NCBI GenBank assembly: GCA_031418775.1
Contig: JANOJN010000219.1
Span: forward strand, 4,091 to 68,090
DNA length: 64,000 bases
Direction: 5' to 3'
DNA from: Acidimicrobiia bacterium
GTDB taxonomy: Bacteria > Actinomycetota > Acidimicrobiia > Acidimicrobiales > JANYDT01
Shown here: positions 37,256-50,222 of the stretch, piece by piece
How positions within the stretch are numbered: position 1 is the stretch's first letter
Layout of the letters: every line of letters starts with the position of its first letter
The notes under the pieces: model-generated
What the model was told of the DNA's origin: nothing
What the model saw: only the letters and a program-made list of their open reading frames with translations
Database searches by the model: none
Program-made: the position numbers and the translations under genes

Positions 37256-39241
37256 CTACGCGCGGGCGAATACGGCGACGCAGGGGTACTCGGGGCAGAA
37301 CACCCCGTCCACGATCGAGAGCGCGGGATCACCGGGCAGCGCCGTTGTCAGCAGCGTGGTCCAATCCCCTTTGGGCAGGGTGAACGCCTCCGGTTCGTCG
37401 CCTTCGTGGAGCACGACGAGCCGATCCCGCTCATCCGAGGTGCCGAGGAGCAGCAACTGGAGACCGCATCCCTCCGGGTCGTCCCATTGTGCGATGGTCA
37501 TCGGTTCGCCGCTCGGCGAGAACCACTGGGCGTCGTCCTCGGCGAGCCAATCACGCTGCTGGAACACCGCCGATGATCGACGGAGGTCCGTAAGTTCGCG
37601 TACGAACTCGGTGAGGGACGTGTCGACGGACGACCAGTCGAACCAGCTGGTCTCGTTGTCGAGGCAGTACGCGTTGTTGTTGCCGTGTTGGGTGCGGCCC
37701 AGCTCATCGCCACCGAGCAGCATGGGCGTGCCTTGGGAGAGGATCAGCGTGGCGAGCAGGTTGCGCTGGGTCCGTCGACGGGCCGACGCGATGATCGGGT
37801 CCTTGGTCTCGCCTTCGACACCGTGGTTCCACGAGCGGTTGTCGCCCGATCCGTCGTGATTCGCCTCGCCGTTCCCCTCGTTGTGCTTGACGTCGTAGGA
37901 AACGAGGTCGCGTAGGCAGAATCCGTCATGCGCGGTGACAAAGTTGACCGACGACCAGGGCCGCCGTCCGAACGCGGCGAAGAGATCGGGATTGCCGGTG
38001 ATCCGGCGGGCAAAGGCGCCGAGGGGTCTCGGCTGGTTGTGCCAGTGGTCGCGGACGAGGTCACGGTACCGGTCGTTCCATTCGGCCCACGGCGCCGGGA
38101 AGGAACCGACCTGGTACCCGCCCGGTCCGACGTCCCACGCCTCGGCGATGAGCTTCACCTTCGACAGCACGGGGTCCTGGGCGATTGCGTTGATGAACGC
38201 TCCCTGCGCATCGAACTGCCCGTCGCGTCCCCGGCCGAGCGTGGTCGCGAGATCGAACCGGAAGCCGTCGACATGGAACTCCTCGACCCAGTAGCGAAGC
38301 GAATCCATGATGAGTGTGAGGGCGAGTTGCTGGGTCGTGTCGACCGAGTTCCCGCAGCCGGTGGTGTCGTGAGGGCGATACCAGCCGTAGGGATCGAGGC
38401 CGCGATAGGCCAGCAACGGCCCATCCGGTCCGGCTTCACACGTGTGGTTGTAGACGACGTCGAGGATCACTTCGATCCCAGCCTCGTGCAGCAGCTTCAC
38501 CATTCCCTTGCACTCGCGTACGAGGGCCGATCCGCTTCCGCCGCTCCCGTAGCCGTTGTGCGGGGCAAGGAATCCCACTGTGTTGTAGCCCCAGTAGTTC
38601 GTGAGCCCGAGCAGGGCGAGACGTTCCTCGGGGACGTTTTGGTGGATCGGCAGGAGTTCGACCGCGGTGACCCCGAGACCGACCAGATGGGCCACGAACG
38701 CTGGATGGCAGAAACCGGCGTAGGTCCCCCGCAGTTCGGCGGGAACGTCGGGGTGAGTCTTCGTAGCGCCTTTGACATGCACCTCGTAGATCACGGTGTC
38801 GGTCCAGGGGGTGTCCGGCCGCACGTCGGCACCCCACTCGAATCGGCCGTCGACGGCGACACCGCGCATGGTGAACGGTGCGCTGTCGCCCGGGTCAGGA
38901 TACGAATGGACACCCGGCTTGCTCAGCCAGTCGACCGAACCGTAGTACGCGAGCGCCCAGGGGTCCTGCAGGAGCTTCGCCTCGTTGTGGCCATTGCCGC
39001 TCACGCGGACCCCGTAGTGCGTGCCGTCGGTGACGAGTCCTGGAGGGAGGACATCCCACCACGACGCTCCGAGCCGATTCGTCAAGGTGAAGCGGGTCTC
39101 GGCGGCATCCGGGGCGCCGGACGCGAACAGGCAGAGGTCGACGGACGTGGCCTGCGGACCGGTCGGAACGGCGATCGTGGTCGGCGAACCGTCGGTGCCG
39201 AGACGAAGGCCGAACGGCGGGGAAACGTCGGGGTTGGTCAT
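37256..39241 (-). CDS. glgX: Glycogen debranching enzyme GlgX (GH13_11)
   Basis: VILDVVYNHT, GFRFDLATTLGR, LIAEAWD, and FVTAHDGF. Confidence 0.93.
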   Translation of the reverse strand: MTNPDVSPPFGLRLGTDGSPTTIAVPTGPQATSVDLCLFASGAPDAAETRFTLTNRLGASWWDVLPPGLVTDGTHYGVRVSGNGHNEAKLLQDPWALAYYGSVDWLSKPGVHSYPDPGDSAPFTMRGVAVDGRFEWGADVRPDTPWTDTVIYEVHVKGATKTHPDVPAELRGTYAGFCHPAFVAHLVGLGVTAVELLPIHQNVPEERLALLGLTNYWGYNTVGFLAPHNGYGSGGSGSALVRECKGMVKLLHEAGIEVILDVVYNHTCEAGPDGPLLAYRGLDPYGWYRPHDTTGCGNSVDTTQQLALTLIMDSLRYWVEEFHVDGFRFDLATTLGRGRDGQFDAQGAFINAIAQDPVLSKVKLIAEAWDVGPGGYQVGSFPAPWAEWNDRYRDLVRDHWHNQPRPLGAFARRITGNPDLFAAFGRRPWSSVNFVTAHDGFCLRDLVSYDVKHNEGNGEANHDGSGDNRSWNHGVEGETKDPIIASARRRTQRNLLATLILSQGTPMLLGGDELGRTQHGNNNAYCLDNETSWFDWSSVDTSLTEFVRELTDLRRSSAVFQQRDWLAEDDAQWFSPSGEPMTIAQWDDPEGCGLQLLLLGTSDERDRLVVLHEGDEPEAFTLPKGDWTTLLTTALPGDPALSIVDGVFCPEYPCVAVFARA

Positions 39242-39361
39242 CAGGAGGTAGGCACAGACGCGGATACGGCCGAAAAGATCGTAGTGGCGTCGCCCTGCTA
39301 TCGGTCGGCAAGCCCCACCTTCTTGAGCGTGACGCCCCCGACGATCGGCGTGGCGCCAGGG

Positions 39362-40246
39362 TTACGGCCAGGTGATCGTCGCGGCGAGCGCGCGGCCCTG
39401 GCGCCGACCTGCCGCGAGGATGGCGGCGGAGATCGTTGCGTCCATGCGGTTGATGCCGATGACGTCGTTGGCGGCATCATCGGGGAAGAGCAGTGTGCAC
39501 GTCGCGCCAGCCGCTTCCAGTTCGCGGACTTCGGCCGCGGCCAATCGACCGGCCGCCGGGTCCATGCCGTCGGTGCGAGAACCGATCGGGGCGAGCACGA
39601 CGACGGTGGCGTAGCCGGCGGCAAGGTCGGCACTGGTTCCGGACCGCAGGCCACCGTCGACGAGGAGCCGTCCACCGACCGGAACCGGCGGGAAGATCCC
39701 CGGGACACAAATGCTCGACGCCACCGCGTCCGCCAGAGGTACCCCGCTTTCCGCGCTGAACACGACGAACTCGCCCGAGTCGGCGTCGACCGCGGTGGCG
39801 AGGAATCTCGTGCTCGGCCACGCTTGGGGGAGTTCCGGGTCGATCAGCTCCCGGAACCGGGCGAGGCTGATCGTCTTCGCCAACTTGGCCTGTTCGCCGA
39901 CGAGGGCCAGCGACGCCGGCGTCGCGTCAGGCAGTTTGTCCCATACCTCGAACACGGCCAGCAACGCCAGCAGGTCGATCGATGACATCGCCTCGGCGGC
40001 GAGAACGCCCGTGTCGTTGAGCACCTTGGCCTCGAGCTCCTCGAACGGGACGCCGGTCGCCAGCCAGGAACCGACGACCGATCCCGCCGATGTCCCGACG
40101 ACGAGGTCCGTGGTTCGCAGATCCACGCCCTCGTCGAAGAGCCCGTGGACAACGCCGGCGATCCAGGCGACGCCGGTGGCCCCACCGCCTCCAAGGACGA
40201 CGGCGGTGGATCTGGGGGCGGATTCGGTACCGGGCACGACAAACAT
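39362..40246 (-). CDS. Patatin-like phospholipase
   Basis: VLGGGGATG oxyanion motif, GTSAGS nucleophile (GxSxG), and DGG near the C-terminus. The start was trimmed to MFVVPG (40246). Confidence 0.85.
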   Translation of the reverse strand: MFVVPGTESAPRSTAVVLGGGGATGVAWIAGVVHGLFDEGVDLRTTDLVVGTSAGSVVGSWLATGVPFEELEAKVLNDTGVLAAEAMSSIDLLALLAVFEVWDKLPDATPASLALVGEQAKLAKTISLARFRELIDPELPQAWPSTRFLATAVDADSGEFVVFSAESGVPLADAVASSICVPGIFPPVPVGGRLLVDGGLRSGTSADLAAGYATVVVLAPIGSRTDGMDPAAGRLAAAEVRELEAAGATCTLLFPDDAANDVIGINRMDATISAAILAAGRRQGRALAATITWP

Positions 40247-40335
40247 TCTTGCCTCCCGCCGGTCCCTGCCCGAACTCGGGGCGGGCGAGCGACATCCGGG
40301 GGAGCGGTTCATCCGGTCGTACACTGTCCGTCTCG

Positions 40336-41633
40336 TGGCAGACGGTGGATCTCGGGTGCCGGCAGCCCCGTCCGAACCGAGTGCCGAGGCGGTCCGGCGG
40401 TCCTTTCGGATCGAGTTGCTCCGGGCCTTTCCGGCCGGCACGATCGAGGCCTTCGGGTCCACGTTCCTTCTGTTGATCGCCCTTCGACACTTCGATCTGT
40501 CGACCGGTTGGAAGGCCACGATCGTCGCCGGAGCCCAGGTCGGTCTCCTGTTTGCGCCGGTCGCCCTCACCCACGCGACGCGCCGAGGCATGTCGCCGGG
40601 TGATGCCGGCGCGCGGATGTTGGTCATCGGCTCGCTGGGGGTGGTCGCACCTTTGCTCTGGCCGCACCCGGCGGTGTTCGTGATCGGATGTCTCGTAGCC
40701 CTCACCTCGACCGGCGCGCAGTGGGCGCTGCTCCAGACGATCTACACGGACCAGTTCCCCGCCGATAGGCGGGGTCGCCTGCTGTCGCTGACCATCGCCG
40801 CGAAGTTCGCCTGTTCGGGACTGGTGGCCATCGGCGTCGGACGTCTGCTCGGACGCGACGCGGCAACGTGGCGATGGGCGCAGCTGCTGCTGCTCGTCGC
40901 GCTGTTCGGGTCGGCGGCGTGCATGCGCACCTTCGGCGGGCCGGCGCTGCGGCCTCACGCTCCGCTTCGTGACGACGGGCGTGAACACCCGTGGGCCCGT
41001 CGTTGGGCCCTCCTGCAAACAGATCGGACGCTGCGTCTCACGCTCTCGTCGTGGATGCTCATGGGCTTCGCGAACCTGATGATGATCCCGCTGCGGGTCG
41101 AGTTCCTGGCCGATCCGAGGTACGGCGTCGACGCGAGCTCCTCGACCATAGGCGCACTTACGATCACGATCCCGGCGGTGCTGCGTCTCCTGCTCGCTCC
41201 AGGCTACGGCTGGGTCTTCGATCACCTTCCGTTCTTCGTCGCCCGGATCCTCGTCAACATCGGGTTCGCCGCGAGCATCGTCGTGTTCTTCGCGGGAACG
41301 TCGATGACCGGTCTCGTCCTCGGTGCGGTGGTGTTCGGCGTTTCGGCGGCGGGAGGCGACGTGATGTGGGCGCTGTGGACGTCGCGTCTTGCCCCGCCCG
41401 AGCACCTCGCCGACTATTCGTCGCTGCACACGTTCTCCACGGGGGTGCGGGGTGTGATCGCGCCGTTCGTCGGGCTCTGGCTCCTTGATCACGACGTGAG
41501 TCCGCGCAGCGTCGGCAGCCTGTGTGCGGTCATGATCCTGCTCGGTTCGATGATTCTCATCCCGGATCTCCGCGCCGAACGAGCCCGACTTGCCGCAAAC
41601 CGTCTGCCGGTCGAGCCGGTCGTCGGCGGATGA
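40336..41633 (+). CDS. MFS transporter (start uncertain)
   Basis: About 12 TM helices from FGSTFLLLIAL onward. The N-terminal 200 aa of the track ORF is antisense to the patatin gene and was rejected. GTG 40336 or 40357 are candidate starts. Confidence 0.65.
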
Positions 41634-41800
41634 ACTGGGTTGGCCAGGTCCGGGCGGCGCTGACGACGGTTGCCGATCCGGAGCGGGCCGCGCCGATGGC
41701 CGCCTAGATGAAAGGGATCGCACCGTTCCTCGGTATACCGGCGCCGGTGCGGCGGGCGGCGGTGCGTCCGTTGGGACAACCACCGCGCTCACGATTCGGG
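41630..41800 (+). pseudogene. Remnant of an AlkD-like DNA alkylation repair (HEAT-repeat glycosylase) gene
   Basis: MNWVGQVRAALTTVADPERAAPMAA*MKGIAPFLGIPAPVRRAAV parallels B. cereus AlkD ...NPEKAEPMARYMKNHFLFLGIQTPERR. A TAG sits exactly where the conserved Tyr would be. Recognisable similarity fades after about 55 codons, and galT ends at 41850. Confidence 0.55.
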
Positions 41801-41849
41801 AAGCGACGAAAAATCTGGAGAAGGCCGCGCCGCGCCCCTGCGTTGAGGG

Positions 41850-42827
41850 TCAGACGCGAGCTGCCGCGAGGAGCGTCGCTGCATCCTCGGGGGGCACGAC
41901 ATTGATGAGCACTCCGGTGCCGAGCTCGAAGCCGGCTCGCGTGGTCACCTTCGGATACACGTGGGCGTGCCAGTGGAAGGTGCCCTGCGCCCGGTAGGGA
42001 GCGGAGTGGAACACGATGTTGTAGGCGACGTCACCGAGGCCGCTGCGAAGCGCGGCCAATCCGTTGCGCAGGCCGATGCCGACGGCGGTGAGGTCGGCAA
42101 GCTCCGCCGTGTGGAGGTGTCCGTTGTGGCAGCGGGGGATGGCCAGCATCTCGAACGGCGTGCCGCTCCAATAAGGGCAGATCACCACGACGCGGTCGTC
42201 GGCGTAGACGATGCGGGCGCCGGCGTCGAGCTCGGCCTCGATCGTCGTGCACAGCAGGCAGGCGCCGGAGAACCGGTCGAAACCGAGTTGCTCGCCCACG
42301 ATCTCGCCCGGAACGAAAGGAAGACCGAGCAGCTGCCCGTGCGGGTGCACGAGCGATGCGCCGGCCTCGCGGCCGTAGTTCACGATGGCCTGGCTGTAGC
42401 GGAGCTCCGGCATGGTGGAGTGGGCCTCGGCGCGGGCGGCGATGGCCGCCATCACGTATTCGGCCTGCTCGTCGTCGACATCGGCCCACGACGAGTCGTG
42501 CGACGGATGCACTACCAGCACTTCGTGCATCCCGGACGCGTCAGCCTGGGTGAAGATCGGTCCGAGGTGCTCGACGACCATCGGCTCGCGGCCCTCGAAG
42601 GCCGGGTAGAGGTTCGGCACGACCAGGACACGCCAGCTCCCGTCGGCGCCGGGCGTGACCAGCGTCGGCGGCTCGGTTTCGGCCCGACCGGGACAGAAGG
42701 GGCAGGGGCGACCGGGATCGGTCTCGACGTCGAGTCGACGGGACTGGAACTCGTTGGGACGCTGACGTCGTTCGGCGTTGATCGCGACCCATCGGCCGGT
42801 CAGAGGATCAAGTCGGAGTTGACTCAT
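41850..42827 (-). CDS. galT: Galactose-1-phosphate uridylyltransferase family (HIT superfamily)
   Basis: LDPLTGRWV, the CPFCPG zinc motif, and the active-site HPHGQLL (HxHxQ). Confidence 0.88.
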   Translation of the reverse strand: MSQLRLDPLTGRWVAINAERRQRPNEFQSRRLDVETDPGRPCPFCPGRAETEPPTLVTPGADGSWRVLVVPNLYPAFEGREPMVVEHLGPIFTQADASGMHEVLVVHPSHDSSWADVDDEQAEYVMAAIAARAEAHSTMPELRYSQAIVNYGREAGASLVHPHGQLLGLPFVPGEIVGEQLGFDRFSGACLLCTTIEAELDAGARIVYADDRVVVICPYWSGTPFEMLAIPRCHNGHLHTAELADLTAVGIGLRNGLAALRSGLGDVAYNIVFHSAPYRAQGTFHWHAHVYPKVTTRAGFELGTGVLINVVPPEDAATLLAAARV

Positions 42828-42929
42828 TTCGCTGTCCAGGGTAGCGGACCCCTGGTCCTACGCTGGTGTTACGTCGTCACCCGAGCACTCGCACGGTTGT
42901 CGGCGCGGATCGCCGGCAATCTGTGGACC

Positions 42930-43031
42930 ATCACGCTCCGCCCTTGTTTGCCGGAACGAACTGAGAAACATGCATTATCTCGATCACGCTCCGCTCCTGG
43001 TTGCCGGAACGAACTGACATGAACTATCTCG
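42930..43031 (+). repeat. Tandem duplication (53 + 49 bp) spanning the iscS ribosome-binding region and first codons
   Basis: Unit 1 (42930-42982): ATCACGCTCCGCCCTTGTTTGCCGGAACGAACTGAGAAACATGCATTATCTCG. Unit 2 (42983-43031): ATCACGCTCCGCTCCTGGTTGCCGGAACGAACTGACATGAACTATCTCG. A third partial ATCACGCAGCC follows. Confidence 0.85.
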
Positions 43032-44176
43032 ATCACGCAGCCACAACCCCGCTCCACCCCGCCGCCATCGACGCCATGGTCACCGTCCTGCGCGGGTCCT
43101 ACGGAAATCCGTCGGGCGTGCATGACATCTCCGCGGCGGCGCGCTCGGCGCTCGAGGACGCCCGTGACACGGTGGCCTCGTTCGTCGGCTGCCAGGCGCG
43201 TGAACTCGTCTTCACCGGTGGCGGAACCGAGTCGCTGAACATGGCGCTGCGCGGCAACCTCGGCTACCTGTCCCGCCGACCGACCGTCCTGACCAGCGCG
43301 ATCGAGCACGATGCCGTGCGGGCCACGGCGGAATGGCTGGCGGCCACCGGGCAGGCCGACCACGAGACCCTGCCGGTCACGGCATCGGGAGTCCTTGACC
43401 TCGCCGCCACTGCGGCGGTGGTCGACCGCCTGCGAGACAGGCCGCTGATTGTGGCGGTGATGGCCGTCAACAACGAGGTCGGCACAGTGCAGCCGCTCGC
43501 CGAGCTCGCCTGCCTTCTCGGGTCGCGTCCCGACACCACGCTTGTCGTCGACGCGGTGCAGGCTCCCGTGTGGCTCGATCTGCGACCAATCACGGCGAGC
43601 TCCGACTTCGTCGCGCTCTCCGCCCACAAGTTCGGTGGGCCCAAGGGCGTGGGCGTGCTCACCGTCCGCGAGGGTCGCACGATCACGCCACTGCTGCACG
43701 GCGGCGGCCAGGAGCGCGAGCGACGAAGCGGCACCCAGAACGTCGCCGGCATCGTTGGTCTCGCGGCCGCGACCGAAATCACTGAGGCCACGCGAAACGA
43801 AGTGGTCGAGCGGGTGACGCGGCTCCGCGACCGCCTCGTCGACGGCATCCTCGACGCGGTCGAGGGCTGTGTCGAGACCGTTGCCGATCGTTCGTTGAAG
43901 GTGGCCGGCAACGCCCACCTCACCATCGATGGCGTCGAGAGCGAGGCGGTGCTGGTTTTGCTCAACGAGGCCGGCATCGCGGCGTCCGCGGGTTCGGCCT
44001 GCGCGAGCGGCGCACTCCACGTGTCCCCGGTGCTGCTTGCGATGGGCGTGGCGAAGGAACGGGCCGGCGGGGCGCTGCGGCTCACGCTCGGTTCGGCCTC
44101 GACCGACGACGATGTCGACGCCGTTCTCGGCGTCCTGCCTCGCGTGCTCCACCAGCTCCGTGGCAGCTCTCGGTGA
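43019..44176 (+). CDS. iscS: Cysteine desulfurase (NifS/IscS class)
   Basis: MNYLDHAATTP, SAHKFGGPKG (PLP Lys), and the GSACASG active-site Cys loop. ATG 43019 is preferred over the track TTG at 43001. Confidence 0.9.
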   Translation: MNYLDHAATTPLHPAAIDAMVTVLRGSYGNPSGVHDISAAARSALEDARDTVASFVGCQARELVFTGGGTESLNMALRGNLGYLSRRPTVLTSAIEHDAVRATAEWLAATGQADHETLPVTASGVLDLAATAAVVDRLRDRPLIVAVMAVNNEVGTVQPLAELACLLGSRPDTTLVVDAVQAPVWLDLRPITASSDFVALSAHKFGGPKGVGVLTVREGRTITPLLHGGGQERERRSGTQNVAGIVGLAAATEITEATRNEVVERVTRLRDRLVDGILDAVEGCVETVADRSLKVAGNAHLTIDGVESEAVLVLLNEAGIAASAGSACASGALHVSPVLLAMGVAKERAGGALRLTLGSASTDDDVDAVLGVLPRVLHQLRGSSR

Positions 44177-45249
44177 AGGTTCTCGTCGCCCTCTCCGGTG
44201 GTGTCGATTCCACCGTGGCCGCAGCGCTCCTGCAGGAGCAGGGGCACGAGATCGCCGGTGTCACGCTCAAACTCTGGGGCGGCGACTCCGACTCGGGCTG
44301 CTGCTCCGTCGCCGATGTCGACGACGCCCGACGCGTCGCCCAGCAGCTCGGCATCCGCCACTACGTCTTCAACTTCGGCGAAGAGTTCACCGCCAACGTC
44401 GTCGATCCCTACGTACGTGCACATGGCATTGGGGAAACGCCGAATCCGTGCGTTGAATGCAATCGATTCCTCAAGTTTGATCGTCTGCTCCATCGGGCGA
44501 CCCAGCTCGGCTTCGAGGCCATTGCCACCGGCCACCATGTCCGACGCATCACCATGCCCGATGGTCGGTTCGCCGTGGGCCGCGGGTTGGACGACGCCAA
44601 GGACCAGAGTTACGTGGTGCATATGCTCGGCCAGGACGTTCTCACCCACACACTGTTCCCCGTCGGCGATCTGACGAAGACCGAGGTGCGGGCGAAGGCG
44701 TCGGCCATGGGTCTGCGAACGGCCGCGAAGGCCGAGAGCATGGAGGTCTGCTTCATCGCCGAGACCGGTGGCGGCCGTCGGGTCTTCCTCGGCGACCGCA
44801 TCCCGCTGCGTCCCGCCAAGATCGTCGACGCCGACGGGACGCATGTCGGTCATACCGACGCCGTCGAACTCGTCACCATCGGGCAGCGCCGCAACCTCGG
44901 ACTCAGCGGCGCCGCCGACCGCCGCTACGTCGTCGACATCGACGTCGCGAACGCCGTCGTCACCGTGGGCGATCGCGACGCTTTGCGGCGCGATGGCGTC
45001 ACGCTCCATACGGTCACGCTCCCGCTCGGCCCGGATTTGCTGGGTGGCGCGCTCCGCGTCCAGACCTCGGCCCACGGGCGGCCCGTGGGCTGCACCGCGG
45101 AAACCGTCGGCGACCGGATGGCCGTCACGTTCGCCGAACCGCAAACGCGTGTCGCGCCCGGCCAGAGCGTGGTGCTTTACGCCACGGTCGCCGGTGATGA
45201 CGGGGAGTCCGACGTCGTCGTCGCCGGCGGAATCGCGACGCGGGAGTAG
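44173..45249 (+). CDS. mnmA: tRNA-specific 2-thiouridylase MnmA
   Basis: PP-loop VALSGGVDSTVAA, the NPCVECN motif, and the KDQSY motif. It overlaps the iscS stop. Confidence 0.93.
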   Translation: MKVLVALSGGVDSTVAAALLQEQGHEIAGVTLKLWGGDSDSGCCSVADVDDARRVAQQLGIRHYVFNFGEEFTANVVDPYVRAHGIGETPNPCVECNRFLKFDRLLHRATQLGFEAIATGHHVRRITMPDGRFAVGRGLDDAKDQSYVVHMLGQDVLTHTLFPVGDLTKTEVRAKASAMGLRTAAKAESMEVCFIAETGGGRRVFLGDRIPLRPAKIVDADGTHVGHTDAVELVTIGQRRNLGLSGAADRRYVVDIDVANAVVTVGDRDALRRDGVTLHTVTLPLGPDLLGGALRVQTSAHGRPVGCTAETVGDRMAVTFAEPQTRVAPGQSVVLYATVAGDDGESDVVVAGGIATRE

Positions 45250-45277
45250 CTCCGTCGTTGCCCGTAGGGCCGTCGCG

Positions 45278-48398
<3,121 letters not shown>

Positions 48399-48419
48399 CC
48401 TACCGATGACGGCAGTCGC

Positions 48420-48959
48420 TCAGGAAGCGGCGCGGTCGTCGAGATAGTTGCGGAACTCCTCTGCGGAATCGAAGCCGTCCAGCACCGGATCGGACTCGGC
48501 CTCGGCGACCCGCAACTGTTGTTCTGCCCGCTCACTTCGCGAAGATGCGATCAGGTGGGCGACGCCGCACGCCCCTCCGTGCACACCGACCATCACCACG
48601 AACCAGGTCTCGAACGGCGAGACGTTGTGGCGGGCCAGCCCGGTGCCGAGAGCGGGAGCGGCGATCATCGTGAGAAGCACCTGACGACGGGCGTGATAGC
48701 GGACCGCACCGAGTTGCTCGGCGATGTATTCCATCGCGACGGGAACGGGCAGGAGCAGAAGCAGGACGGGGTCGAGTCGCTCGGGCCAGCCGATCGAGCC
48801 CAGCGTGAGGAACATCACGGCAAAGGCGACCGGATAGAGCACAAGGCATCGACGGCACACGTGCCGTCGGCCGATCACCACGCAGCGGTCGTGTTCGTGC
48901 GGGAGATGGTGCGACAACGCGAACTCCCCGAGGCGTGATCCGAACGATGACGACGTCAC
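48420..48959 (-). CDS. DUF2085-like membrane protein
   Basis: RHVCRRCLVLYP Cys motif followed by TM helices. Confidence 0.5.
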   Translation of the reverse strand: MTSSSFGSRLGEFALSHHLPHEHDRCVVIGRRHVCRRCLVLYPVAFAVMFLTLGSIGWPERLDPVLLLLLPVPVAMEYIAEQLGAVRYHARRQVLLTMIAAPALGTGLARHNVSPFETWFVVMVGVHGGACGVAHLIASSRSERAEQQLRVAEAESDPVLDGFDSAEEFRNYLDDRAAS

Positions 48960-49028
48960 GGATAGGTCTATCGACCTATCGCAGTTCGACCTTGAGACGT
49001 GTCGTCCGTCCGAATCGACGTGTTGAGC

Positions 49029-50222
49029 TCAGGCCGGTCGTGGTTCGGCCGGAAGCCCGAGAAGACGCTCCCCGATGAGGTTGCGCTGGATCTGGCTCGA
49101 TCCACCGGCGATTCTCGCCCCGGGCGCGGCCACGAGCGATCTCGCCGCTTCGTCGTCCTGCAGCATGGCCTGGGCTCCGGCCAGCGAGGTGCGAGCCTCG
49201 GCCGACGCGAACATCAGCTCGGTGATCCCCAACTTGCCCAGCGACGCCGCTGTCGATGCCACCGGTCCCTGACGGGCGCCGAGCATGGCCAGGACCCGCC
49301 CGCGGGTGAGAATCTCGACAAGGGAGTCGCGGGTTGCCCCGTCGACATCGTCACCGGCCTCCCGCCGAAGCGTCTCTGCCAGCTTGTCCATACGACGCGA
49401 CAGGCTGATGGCAGCCGAGCCGATCGAACCCCGTTCGTTGGTGAGGGTGGCCATGGCGACGTTCCAGCCGCCGTGCAACGGGCCGAGCAAAGCCGTGGCC
49501 GGCATGCGGACCTCGTCGAGGAACACCTCGTCGAACTCCGCCTCACCCGTCATCTGGCGGAGCGGACGGACATCGACGCCGGGGCGCGTCATGTCGAAGA
49601 GGAAGAACGAAATGCCCTTGTGCTTGGGAGCGCTCTGGTCGGTGCGGGCAAGGAGAATCCCACGGTCGGAGTAGCGCCCTCCCGAACACCAGACCTTCTG
49701 CCCGGTGATGACCCACTCGTCACCGTCGAGTTCCGCCTTCGTCGAGAGACTGGCAAGGTCGGATCCGGCGCCCGGTTCGGAGAAGAGCTGACACCAGGTG
49801 TGTTGAGCCGCCAGGATCGGTCGAAGATGCTCCGATTTCTGCTCCTCGGTGCCGAAGAGCATCGTCGAGCCGCCGGCGAGGACCGTGCCGACCATGTTGA
49901 GGAAGGGAGGAACCCCGGCGAGGGCGCAGGCCCGGACCCATGCACCGCGATGGGTGGGTGTGAGGCCGAGACCGTCGAACTCGACGGGCCAATCGATCCC
50001 GGCGAACCCTTCGGCGAAGAGCAGCCGCTGCCACTGCAGACCTCGTTCGATCAGATCCGGAGGGCAGATGGCGCCGTAGTCCGGCGGGGCGGCGCTTCGG
50101 TGCTGTTCGAGCCACCCGGAGGCTCGTTCGGAGAACGCCTCGACGGACTCGACGGCAGCGTCGGGGTGGGGAGCGGAGGTCGCGTTCGTCATGGCGGCAG
50201 TCACGAGACCTTGAAGGTCCAT
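49029..50222 (-). CDS. Acyl-CoA dehydrogenase
   Basis: 397 aa with the ACAD three-domain layout (WCQLFSEPGAGSD..., C-terminal IAGGSSQIQRNLIGERLLGLP). The start may be the internal MTNATS (50192), which would remove the overlap with the upstream gene. Confidence 0.88.
   Translation of the reverse strand: MDLQGLVTAAMTNATSAPHPDAAVESVEAFSERASGWLEQHRSAAPPDYGAICPPDLIERGLQWQRLLFAEGFAGIDWPVEFDGLGLTPTHRGAWVRACALAGVPPFLNMVGTVLAGGSTMLFGTEEQKSEHLRPILAAQHTWCQLFSEPGAGSDLASLSTKAELDGDEWVITGQKVWCSGGRYSDRGILLARTDQSAPKHKGISFFLFDMTRPGVDVRPLRQMTGEAEFDEVFLDEVRMPATALLGPLHGGWNVAMATLTNERGSIGSAAISLSRRMDKLAETLRREAGDDVDGATRDSLVEILTRGRVLAMLGARQGPVASTAASLGKLGITELMFASAEARTSLAGAQAMLQDDEAARSLVAAPGARIAGGSSQIQRNLIGERLLGLPAEPRPA

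Noticed and set aside
37928-39985. 685-aa + strand ORF, and similar long shadow ORFs (1853-3124 -, 25961-27613 -, 39927-41792 -, 43264-45144 -, 53047-54510 +, 57503-58876 +, 29645-31069 +)
   Set aside because: Each lies opposite a gene with clear catalytic motifs (glgX, SARP, S9 peptidase, MFS, iscS/mnmA, tadC/tadB, tadZ, MFS). All have Arg/Gly/Asp-rich low-information translations. I treat them as GC-driven artefacts.
50201-50222. 22-nt overlap of the acyl-CoA dehydrogenase start with the upstream hypothetical gene
   Set aside because: An internal Met (MTNATS, about 50192) gives a normal ACAD N-terminus without overlap, so this is not evidence of unusual coupling.
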